A stretch of 64,000 nucleotides of DNA from a virus (Duplodnaviria > Heunggongvirae > Uroviricota > Caudoviricetes). Shown here in pieces: positions 38,628 to 46,849 of this stretch; the first letter of the stretch is position 1, and each line of letters begins with the position of its first letter. The notes beneath the pieces are model-generated. The model was not told where the DNA came from. It did not search any database and saw only the letters and a program-made list of their open reading frames with translations. The stretch lies in the IMG/VR virus record IMGVR_UViG_3300021387_000463, positions 331,001 to 395,000 of that record. One strand, written 5' to 3'. A program made the translations under genes and the position numbers.

Positions 38628-39402
38628 ATTTGGTAAGGAAAATATAGAACTTTTGAACAAGGCTGTTGACAGCGTACCAGAGGAAATTAAGGTAGTATTG
38701 TCACACAGCAAGAATCTTGACAAGAGAAAGCTCAAGGGTATTAATGAGCGTGTCAGCTTCATTGCTGAGTCTGAGGGTGATTCATTCGCAGAACTTGTAA
38801 ATGCTGCTGTGGATGCAGTTGCAAATGATTTCAAGTGGTTCTCAATCCTTGAATTCGATGATACATACACTGCAACATGGCTTACAAATGCAAAGAAGTA
38901 TATTGACTTTATGCCAGACATGAGTGTGTTTATGACTCTTGAGGACATTACAGATTTTAATAATGGAAAGTATATCGGTTTCGGTAATGAGGCTGCTTGG
39001 GCATCTTCATTCTCAAATGAGATTGGATATATCGACCATGACTGTTTACAGAATTATTTTGATTTCTATCTCACAGGTTCAATCTTCAACATCGCAGATT
39101 GGCAAGAGGTGGGTGGACTTAAACCTTCAATCAAGATTACATTCTGGTATGAGTGGCTTCTTCGTGCAACCAATAAGGGCAAGAAGGTTTTTGTAATACC
39201 AAAGGTATGTTATAATCATACTCTCGATAGAAAGGGTTCTCTTGTAAACATCTACAAGGAATCTATTGACCAAGAGGAATCACAGTGGTGGTTCGACCTT
39301 GCAAAACGTGAGTACTTCTATAAGGAAGATAGAAAGAAAGAATACAAGAAAGAATTGCCAGATGCTGAAATACCAAATGAAGCATCAGCTAAAGAAGATT
39401 AA
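38593..39402 (+). CDS. glycosyltransferase family 2-like protein
   Basis: LVVIIPMH, WFSILEFDD, EVGGLKPS..YEWLLR..VIPK. Confidence 0.75.
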   Translation: MKELVVIIPMHEFGKENIELLNKAVDSVPEEIKVVLSHSKNLDKRKLKGINERVSFIAESEGDSFAELVNAAVDAVANDFKWFSILEFDDTYTATWLTNAKKYIDFMPDMSVFMTLEDITDFNNGKYIGFGNEAAWASSFSNEIGYIDHDCLQNYFDFYLTGSIFNIADWQEVGGLKPSIKITFWYEWLLRATNKGKKVFVIPKVCYNHTLDRKGSLVNIYKESIDQEESQWWFDLAKREYFYKEDRKKEYKKELPDAEIPNEASAKED

Positions 39403-39415
39403 AAATTACCTATAT

Positions 39416-39452
39416 AATGGTGCTAATTTTGGTGGTTAGCACCATTTTTTTT
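39416..39452 (+). terminator. intrinsic terminator
   Basis: AATGGTGCTAA-loop-TTAGCACCATT followed by T run. Confidence 0.75.
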
Positions 39453-39454
39453 AG

Positions 39455-39550
39455 AATGTCATCAAAACGGTAACACGGAGATTTTCTCAATTGAGAAAAT
39501 GTGAAAGAAAGTGTGTTGAAATTACGCAGATTTGCCTTTGATTTGATATT
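39455..39550 (+). ncRNA. candidate structured RNA leader (multi-stem)
   Basis: Nested stems found by eye (see findings); G-U pairs favour + strand. Confidence 0.35.
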
Positions 39551-39605
39551 TAGTATTAAAAGTATACTAACAAGGGATATTCCCCATATATAAATATCTA
39601 GAGAA

Positions 39606-40379
39606 ATGTCAGAAATTTGCGTAACTGAAGAAAAAGTTAAGAAGAAGAGAGGTAGAAAACCTTCCAAGGAGAGAAAAGGCTACTTCTATGAGGAGCAAGA
39701 ACAAGCTGTAGTGGATTATATCTCAACAGACGATGAGAGGGAGAAGAACAGAATCTTTAACACTACACTTAAGCCAGCATTTACAAAGATGATTGAGTCA
39801 ATTATAAGGAGATACAGTCTATATCCCCCAGACGAGGAATTCCAAGAGACATTTGATGATACCATGTCCTTCCTTATGACGAAACTATCATGCTTTGACC
39901 CTTCAACAAATTATAAGGCATATTCATATTGCGGTACAATTTGTAAAAACTATTTGATTTATAAGATTAACCAATTCGCAAAGAATCAGAAGCGTAATGA
40001 ATCATACGACACCCCTACTGATTCAACTCAAGGTGACATCGATGATAACATAAGATTTTCATACGATGAAACAGACCCTAGAAGGACTTTTCTTTCTGAG
40101 TTGACTGGTAATACCGTTGAGAATATTCAGCGTATCCTAAACGACAAGGATAAGCTTAAATTGAATGAAAATGAGGTTAAGGTGGGTATGACACTCATCA
40201 ATCTTATGACGAATTGGGATGAGATTTTTGCCCAAATGGGTAGTAATAAATTCAATAAGAGTTCAATACTTTTGTTCTTGAAAGAGACCACAATGTTGAA
40301 CACAAAGGAGATAAGAGACGCACTTAAGGTATATAAGAAAAGATATTATGAAGTTAAGTGGAAACTTATCAATGAATAA
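39606..40379 (+). CDS. putative phage late-transcription sigma factor (gp55/sigma70 region 2-like)
   Basis: YFYEEQEQAVVDY..AFTKMIESIIRRY..KLSCFDPSTNYKAYSYCGTICKNYLI resembles sigma region 2 (FDP..F.Y). Confidence 0.6.
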   Translation: MSEICVTEEKVKKKRGRKPSKERKGYFYEEQEQAVVDYISTDDEREKNRIFNTTLKPAFTKMIESIIRRYSLYPPDEEFQETFDDTMSFLMTKLSCFDPSTNYKAYSYCGTICKNYLIYKINQFAKNQKRNESYDTPTDSTQGDIDDNIRFSYDETDPRRTFLSELTGNTVENIQRILNDKDKLKLNENEVKVGMTLINLMTNWDEIFAQMGSNKFNKSSILLFLKETTMLNTKEIRDALKVYKKRYYEVKWKLINE

Positions 40380-40408
40380 TATAAATTCTGATATTTATTA
40401 CAAAAAAC

Positions 40409-40816
40409 ATGGCAAAGTTAAAAATTGAATTAAATGATATACAGAACATCCGTGACTTGTTGCAAGAGACATACAGATTAGCGGATGAGCAGATAGTTCA
40501 AGCCCAAAACGAAATAAACAAGCTCTCAGTGTCCACACAGCTCGAACAAGAGGCTATGGATGCTAAGAGCAAGTATGCAAAGGCTATCAATGACTATCTA
40601 GGCATGAAGGACAAGGCAATATCAAAGAAGTTGGATATTGCGAAGATTCTCACTGACATCTACCACCATAACGGTGACGTTAAGAGTGCAATGGAGAATG
40701 GTGAGAACATGAAGAACATGGACTTTAATTTTGATGACATCAAGAAGATGATTGATGAGTCATACGAAGAGAAGGACAAGGACAAAACTAAGACAATTGA
40801 ACTTAACAAGAAGTAA
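40409..40816 (+). CDS. hypothetical coiled-coil protein
   Basis: 135 aa, late motif at 40391. Confidence 0.75.
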   Translation: MAKLKIELNDIQNIRDLLQETYRLADEQIVQAQNEINKLSVSTQLEQEAMDAKSKYAKAINDYLGMKDKAISKKLDIAKILTDIYHHNGDVKSAMENGENMKNMDFNFDDIKKMIDESYEEKDKDKTKTIELNKK

Positions 40817-43050
40817 TGGCAAATATTAAGAATAAACAGCAAGACGCAATGGCAGCAATTGATACCGCCAAAGCGATGGTTGATAAAGTTCTTACAATCA
40901 TGGAGATAATGATTTCAACTCCAAGTGTATCTTTGACATTTGCAACCAATCCAATCGGATTCATATTGCAGTTGTTGAAACACTTGGGCGTGACCTATGA
41001 AGAACTTAGGGACTATCTTGCCAATTTCTTAATATATATAATACCAGTATTGGAAATCAGTGTTAAAACAATATTGCTTACCAATCTAAAGAACATGATT
41101 TCTTGTTCTGTTGACCCTAGAATTCCAGAAAAATATAGAAAAAGATTTAATTGCGGTGACGCATATATCGAAAACTATGGAATTAACATTGGTGTAGAAG
41201 CAATTGATTTCTTGGATAAACTATCTGAAAACCCTTTAAGTGATTTCGGAAAGGACATGTATTTCGGTCTTGAGGGTGTGGACGATGTATATAAATTCGC
41301 AAGAGCAGAGGACATGGATGCTTTCTTATGGTTTGTAATGCATAAGGGTAAGTTTCCTAATGCTTCAGCAGTAAGTGATATGTCAACGTTTTCAGATGAC
41401 GTACATGGTGCAGGAAGCTATACAGTTAAACCAACTGATGCATCTTTATTGGACGTTATTGAACTTACATCAAGTTCAGATTCTCCATCTAAGATAATGC
41501 TTGGTAATACCTTTAGTTATACTGGTTCTCCTAGCGTTATCTCAATGTGTATTGATAGACAATACGATAAGGATAACAATGTTGTAGCAAATACGTTGGT
41601 TCCAGTGTCTGATGATGTTTGCAGCGTGAATTGGTACATCAGACGTGCAGACCAATTGACCAAGAATCTTGGATTTGGCAAGAAGTCATTCGAAGGTAGG
41701 GATTTTTCAAAGGAAAGGGCAATATGTAATTTACAGTTTATTGATACAGCCTCAAGTAATTTATTCCCAGCTCAAGGTTTGGTGAACAATGCATTCAGAT
41801 TCACAATATTACCAAAACCATATATACATATTCCTAATATTGAATTCGGAGAGAAGCCTTGGGGATTTGTACCTTTGCTATTCGATAGCGATGGTAGCTA
41901 TAATCCAATGGGTAAATATACAATAAGAACTGATACCACACCAACAACTGGAGGTACATATACTAAGGAGAAAGTACCAGTTACGAATGATAAGGGTAAA
42001 ACTGAGCAAAAACTTAAGATAACAGATACTAGGGAAACAATATACACTGTTGGAGAAGGAAAGGTAAAAGTAAATGCCAAGACTGGAAAAGTAACTGTAG
42101 ATGATAAAGATAAAATTAAAAAAGGACTTATTGAGTGTTATAAGGGCTTGACTGTCTATGAGTTCAATTATGACTTTGTGATGGGCATGAAGCTCTTTGA
42201 TGCAAAGGTAATGGCAACCACGCTGTTAGACACACTTGTTAACACTAGATTGGGTCTTAACTTGAATCTTGCTCAAAAGCATCAAGAGGCTACTGAAGAA
42301 ATAAAGGAGATAATAAAGAACATTATCAATTCCGATGACTCAAATGTAGAAGATTGCTATTTCTCTTTCGATAATAGAAAGTATGATGAACTATTAAGAA
42401 AGAGTGAGGAAAAGAGGGCTAGACAATACAATTTCGGCAATAGCACCAATGCAAGTGCAACATTTGAGGAAGTATATAACATTCTAGAGGAATATGATAC
42501 CGCTGGTACTCTTGAGGAACAAGTGGATGTTATAAGTCGTGCAATTACTCAAGCATCTGTTACAATCACAGATGGACTTGATGAACAAGACAAGTATGGT
42601 GTTGAGTTTAATTTTGTTTTTGACTTGATTGAGAATCTAGTTCTTGCTATTGTTAATGCAGTCCTTACACCGAAGGTACTATTATTGTTGGAGGTAAACC
42701 GCCAGATAATGGGTGGTGATTGGAAAGCATTCACGATAAAGGACTTGTTAAAGGCCATGCAAGGGCTTATAATTGGCTTAATTAAGGAAGTTAGGGACTT
42801 GGTAATCCAAGAGCTTCTTAAGTTCGTTTTAAAGCAATTAGAGCCACTTAAGGAAATGATTGAGTCAATAATACTCAGAGAGCAGATTGAGAACTACACA
42901 GAGGCAATCAATGATATAATTAGGAATTGTCCAGTTATATGGTTTAGTTTCGGTAATCAAAATCTTGAGACAAAACTTGACACGGTTGATTATGCTGATA
43001 TTGATGTTAGTTCTAATAGAGCTGATGATAAGCCAACTAATAACTGTTAA
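40816..43050 (+). CDS. large hypothetical virion/baseplate-associated protein
   Basis: 744 aa in late operon ending in spike gene. Confidence 0.65.
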   Translation: MANIKNKQQDAMAAIDTAKAMVDKVLTIMEIMISTPSVSLTFATNPIGFILQLLKHLGVTYEELRDYLANFLIYIIPVLEISVKTILLTNLKNMISCSVDPRIPEKYRKRFNCGDAYIENYGINIGVEAIDFLDKLSENPLSDFGKDMYFGLEGVDDVYKFARAEDMDAFLWFVMHKGKFPNASAVSDMSTFSDDVHGAGSYTVKPTDASLLDVIELTSSSDSPSKIMLGNTFSYTGSPSVISMCIDRQYDKDNNVVANTLVPVSDDVCSVNWYIRRADQLTKNLGFGKKSFEGRDFSKERAICNLQFIDTASSNLFPAQGLVNNAFRFTILPKPYIHIPNIEFGEKPWGFVPLLFDSDGSYNPMGKYTIRTDTTPTTGGTYTKEKVPVTNDKGKTEQKLKITDTRETIYTVGEGKVKVNAKTGKVTVDDKDKIKKGLIECYKGLTVYEFNYDFVMGMKLFDAKVMATTLLDTLVNTRLGLNLNLAQKHQEATEEIKEIIKNIINSDDSNVEDCYFSFDNRKYDELLRKSEEKRARQYNFGNSTNASATFEEVYNILEEYDTAGTLEEQVDVISRAITQASVTITDGLDEQDKYGVEFNFVFDLIENLVLAIVNAVLTPKVLLLLEVNRQIMGGDWKAFTIKDLLKAMQGLIIGLIKEVRDLVIQELLKFVLKQLEPLKEMIESIILREQIENYTEAINDIIRNCPVIWFSFGNQNLETKLDTVDYADIDVSSNRADDKPTNNC

Positions 43051-43061
43051 AATATAATAAT

Positions 43062-43430
43062 ATGGGTATAGAGCAGATTTGTCAAACGATTACTAATTTC
43101 TTTAATAATGTTAGACCACCATTTCCACAGATAAGTAGGATATTGTTGGTGTGTTCAATGATACGCAGACCAGGACTTTCAACCATACAGTCAGTATCAA
43201 ACATTGTTAAGGATTTGAACAGATTGGGTATACCTACTGGTCCGATGCCAGACGGTAGTGCCAATCTAACGGTAGGCGCTTTCTTTGCATCGACAAAGGA
43301 AACATATCGAGGAATTAAACACGATATGTCAATACAAGTTGGTATACAACCAGGAACACTTAATATACAAGCAGGACCTTATCCTGGAACTAATATAACC
43401 CCAGGAATGGGAATTGGTGGAGGTTTCTAA
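43062..43430 (+). CDS. hypothetical protein (possible spike-tip associated)
   Basis: 122 aa, RPGLS..GIPTGP.PDG, Gly-rich C-terminus. Confidence 0.65.
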   Translation: MGIEQICQTITNFFNNVRPPFPQISRILLVCSMIRRPGLSTIQSVSNIVKDLNRLGIPTGPMPDGSANLTVGAFFASTKETYRGIKHDMSIQVGIQPGTLNIQAGPYPGTNITPGMGIGGGF

Positions 43431-43432
43431 AT

Positions 43433-43624
43433 ATGAAAGAAAAAATAGATTTCACAAAGTTAAGTAACGCAGAAATCAATATTAAGATTATGGGTTACGA
43501 AAATGAATATAATGTAAAGAAAGATAAAATCATTAAATTAGTTGATGATTTAAAGGAACTTGATGCTTTATACATTGAGGCAAAAGGCGAATTAAATAAA
43601 AGAGGTGTGTTAGCTGATGAGTGA
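43433..43624 (+). CDS. small coiled-coil protein
   Basis: 63-aa ORF, tightly packed. Confidence 0.6.
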   Translation: MKEKIDFTKLSNAEINIKIMGYENEYNVKKDKIIKLVDDLKELDALYIEAKGELNKRGVLADE

Positions 43625-44531
43625 AATAGTTGTTAAAATTGGAAAGGTAAGAGAGGTAGAGAATGTCTATTCGAAAGGTGGCTCTGATGGCATGAGAGTT
43701 AGGGCTGAATTGACAGAGGATAAACCAAAGAAACTTGAGGATATTCCTTGGGCTATACCACTCATGCCTAAAGTTTTTCATATATTACCTAAAGTTGGTG
43801 AGGCTGTGTTGGTTATATCTGAATATACTAGCAGTAACCACTCACAGAGGTACTATATTGGACCGATTATTGCCCAGCCACAGTATATGAAATATAACAA
43901 GGATGATTCGGCATTGTCAATCTTTAAGAACTTCAAGTTTAAGCCTATAGAGAAAATATCGAACTTCGATATGTCTAGGGGCGCATTCCCAAATAATGAC
44001 GATGTTGCAGTCATCGGTAGAGGCTCTGAAGATGTTACGTTAAAATACGATGAGTCAACTAGAAAAAGTGAGATAGATATACGTGCTGGTATTCGTACAG
44101 AACCTTCAATAGCGAAGGAAAGGGGCATAATGGGTAATATTATGTTTAATGACATTGACCCAGCTTATATACAGCTTAAGTATAAAGGTGGATTGGCTAG
44201 CAAACAGAATCACCAAGTATCTAGTATGATTAATATGGTGGCTGATAACATTAACCTAATCAGTAACCAAGACAAAAATGTGTCTGATAATATACATGAT
44301 AAGGATTCATTGATTAAGGATGAGGACTCTGACCTTATAATGGATAGGCTTCATCAAGTACCAATGGGTGATAAGCTAGTAGAACTTCTTAAAATTATGA
44401 AGGGTGCAATTATGCACCATGTGCATCCTTGGGCTGGTATGGAACAATGTGGTGACTGGCCAGGTTATATTAATCAACTTGAAGGATATGATATTGATTC
44501 AATCCTTTCTGAATATGTTAGAATATCTTAA
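43617..44531 (+). CDS. baseplate central spike (gp5/gpV/VgrG-type OB fold)
   Basis: IGKV..RVRA..IPWAIPLMP..ILPKVGEAVLV..YIG; C-terminal GDKLVELL..HHVHP. Confidence 0.75.
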   Translation: MSEIVVKIGKVREVENVYSKGGSDGMRVRAELTEDKPKKLEDIPWAIPLMPKVFHILPKVGEAVLVISEYTSSNHSQRYYIGPIIAQPQYMKYNKDDSALSIFKNFKFKPIEKISNFDMSRGAFPNNDDVAVIGRGSEDVTLKYDESTRKSEIDIRAGIRTEPSIAKERGIMGNIMFNDIDPAYIQLKYKGGLASKQNHQVSSMINMVADNINLISNQDKNVSDNIHDKDSLIKDEDSDLIMDRLHQVPMGDKLVELLKIMKGAIMHHVHPWAGMEQCGDWPGYINQLEGYDIDSILSEYVRIS

Positions 44532-44536
44532 TAACT

Positions 44537-45013
44537 ATGTATAAACCGAATTATGGAGACCCAATTTTGGGCAAAAATGTTCAAATAATAGGTGGGGCTA
44601 ATTTTGGCTCAGAACCATATTTAATTAAAATTGGTGATAATACTACTATTTCCTTTGATTGTGCATTTGTTACGCATGATGCTGCTACTAGGGTGGTTAG
44701 GAATCTCCCAGATGGAGATAAGGAAACTGTAATATATGCTCCTATAGTCATAGGTAAGAATTGTTTCATAGGATGTAGAACAGTTGTACTTCCTGGTGTT
44801 ACAATTGGTGATAACTGTATTATTGGTGCTGGAAGTATCGTTAACAGTGATATACCAAGTAATACAGTAGCAGCTGGAGTACCTTGTAAACCGATTTGTA
44901 CTTTAGAGGCTTATAGGAATAAGCATAAAGATGATTTTATGTACATTGTATCGAAACCATTCGAGGAAAAGAAACAGATTTTATTAGATAAATTTAAAGC
45001 GAGACTCCAATAA
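44537..45013 (+). CDS. hexapeptide-repeat (LbH) O-acyltransferase
   Basis: FGSEPYLIKIGDN..THD..IGKNCFIG..PGVTIGDNCIIGAGSIV..AAGVPC. Confidence 0.9.
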   Translation: MYKPNYGDPILGKNVQIIGGANFGSEPYLIKIGDNTTISFDCAFVTHDAATRVVRNLPDGDKETVIYAPIVIGKNCFIGCRTVVLPGVTIGDNCIIGAGSIVNSDIPSNTVAAGVPCKPICTLEAYRNKHKDDFMYIVSKPFEEKKQILLDKFKARLQ

Positions 45014-45031
45014 GAATCTCGCTTTATTATT
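44996..45031 (+). terminator. intrinsic terminator
   Basis: AAAGCGAGA..TCTCGCTTT, near copy of the 8515 terminator. Confidence 0.65.
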
Positions 45032-45077
45032 TATTCACCTTCTAAGGGTAGGGAAACTACCACCATTTTGTTTCTTG

Positions 45078-45884
45078 TTAATCCCAATTGTCTAATATTT
45101 TTGTAATTAATGGATTTCTTACTATGTCTTCTCTTGTAAATTCTGTTATTCCAATCTCAGGTAGTTCTCTAAGATGATTTGCAGCGTATTCAAGTCCACA
45201 TTCTGCCTTTTTGCTCACAATGTCACGTCTGTTAACTTGTTCGCAGTCTCCAGTTATAACAACCTTGCTGTTTTCTCCAATTCTAGTGAGCAATAACTTC
45301 ATATTTTCCTTAGTATACTGCTCTGCCTCGTTTACGAGTATTAATGCATCATCAAATGTTTTACCCAAGACGTAGTTAATAAATTCGTACCTCACATAGC
45401 CACCTTCTATTAAGTTTTTTGCCATGTACTGTGGGTCATTATTACCACTGTTCTTCAGAATCTTAGTAATGGTTTCTTCGTCACATTCCTTAAATGGTCT
45501 AGTCTTGTCTTCAAAATCACCTTTAAGGTATCCAAGGTTTAAGTCCAAACCTCCAGCTGGTGCCGTAGGAACAATCATAACAATATGTGAATACCTACCT
45601 TCTTTAAGTTCCTTAAGAGCGTATGCAAGCGAAATGTAGGATTTTCCAGTACCAGGAGCACCCATACCAAAACAAACTTGATGGTTTTTATTTTTCAAAA
45701 CATTTAAAAACTCCTTTTGCTTTTCGTTTTTACACTTGATGTCAAGTTTAAAACTTAATGCTTTGAGTTGTGTGGTGTAGCCACATGATGTAAGATAATT
45801 AAGAGCACTGTCTTTTTTCATCTTTTCTTCGATGAACTCAAGTTCAAGTTCATCCAAACCTTTCAAATTCTTTTTTTTTCCCAT
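45078..45884 (-). CDS. phoH: PhoH-like ATPase
   Basis: GAPGTGKS, LGYLKGD, GKTFDD..VNEAEQ..LLTRIGENSKVVITGD..Q, DIVRNPL. Confidence 0.92.
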   Translation of the reverse strand: MGKKKNLKGLDELELEFIEEKMKKDSALNYLTSCGYTTQLKALSFKLDIKCKNEKQKEFLNVLKNKNHQVCFGMGAPGTGKSYISLAYALKELKEGRYSHIVMIVPTAPAGGLDLNLGYLKGDFEDKTRPFKECDEETITKILKNSGNNDPQYMAKNLIEGGYVRYEFINYVLGKTFDDALILVNEAEQYTKENMKLLLTRIGENSKVVITGDCEQVNRRDIVSKKAECGLEYAANHLRELPEIGITEFTREDIVRNPLITKILDNWD

Positions 45885-45900
45885 AAAAATTAAGTTAGAA

Positions 45901-45939
45901 AAAAAGCGCACTAGCCCTTCAAAGAACTAGTGCGCTTTT
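45901..45939 (-). terminator. terminator-like hairpin in phoH leader
   Basis: AAAAGCGCACTAG..CTAGTGCGCTTTT just upstream of phoH ATG. Confidence 0.6.
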
Positions 45940-46033
45940 GATTATGTAGTATTTAATGATTTCATCCATGCCATCACATATTTTTATATAAATATCTTCA
46001 AAACGTTAATAAACGTTATATTTCATCTCAAAA

Positions 46034-46065
46034 TTTGGTTATTTCGAAATTAATTCGTATCTTTG
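46034..46065 (+). promoter_or_regulatory. Bacteroidetes-type promoter
   Basis: TTTG-N20-TATCTTTG. Confidence 0.8.
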
Positions 46066-46100
46066 CAGCACGAAACGATAAAGAACAAATTTACAGATAA

Positions 46101-46313
46101 ATGGATAATAATAAATCGGCTTATGTTAGTTCTAGTGTTGGAATCCCAGCAGTAGTTGTTGGTGCTCTAATTGCGCTTAAAAAAGTCGGCATGACAGCTA
46201 TGACCTACAGTGACATTATTTGGTTTGGTGTTGAGGTGTGACTTGTCTGTGCCATTGTTGTTGTGGCCATTTGGCTCATCGTGTGTTGTATTTTAGTTCT
46301 ATTTGAATCATGA
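46101..46313 (+). pseudogene. small two-helix membrane protein interrupted by in-frame TGA (46239-46241)
   Basis: MDNNKSAYVSSSVGIPAVVVGALIALKKVGM..IIWFGVEV*LVCAIVVVAIWLIVCCILVLFES; final stop overlaps next ATG. Confidence 0.55.
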
Positions 46314-46651
46314 TGAATATATTTTTGAATGCTGCCCCACTTTGGGGAATAGAGTTTATGGATGCCACTTGGATAACGGTTGCGATTATCCTAATAGTGG
46401 TTGGGGAAATTGCAATGGGTGTTTTTGCTGCCATTACTGACGAGAGCCTTGATTGTGTATTTTTTGCCTCAATATTATGGGTTTTTGTCTGTATCTTCTG
46501 GGGAGCTACACTCTTAGTCCTTGTTGGTATCTTAGCCGTTACTATACCTTTATTTGTAGGATACTATGTGCCAAAGTGGATTGCTAAGTATGTGAACCAC
46601 CTTAAGGAGAAGAAACGAAAAGGGGTGAATAAACTAATGTATAAAGACTAA
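46310..46651 (+). CDS. membrane protein
   Basis: 113 aa, about three hydrophobic helices, basic C-tail. Confidence 0.7.
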   Translation: MMNIFLNAAPLWGIEFMDATWITVAIILIVVGEIAMGVFAAITDESLDCVFFASILWVFVCIFWGATLLVLVGILAVTIPLFVGYYVPKWIAKYVNHLKEKKRKGVNKLMYKD

Positions 46652-46654
46652 TAT

Positions 46655-46816
46655 ATGTTATATGCGAGAATTTTTGGCGGTGTATTTGCCATTATATATG
46701 TGCTGTACATCTTCCTTTGTTGCCTCGAAATGTGGGGTATCATAAAGTTTACCAAGAGAGGTGTTGAAATTTCATTTCCAAAGATGATGATTCCGTTCTA
46801 CTATTTCTTCAAGTAA
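46655..46816 (+). CDS. small membrane protein (53 aa)
   Basis: Hand-found MLYARIFGGVFAIIYVLYIFLCCLEMWGIIKF..IPFYYFFK. Confidence 0.6.
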   Translation: MLYARIFGGVFAIIYVLYIFLCCLEMWGIIKFTKRGVEISFPKMMIPFYYFFK

Positions 46817-46849
46817 AAAAGTATTAACAATAAAAAAAATAGAAAAAAA

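Noticed and set aside
39410-39667. 85-aa minus-strand ORF over the sigma leader
   Set aside because: Overlaps the sigma start, begins upstream of the antisense motif and looks non-protein-like
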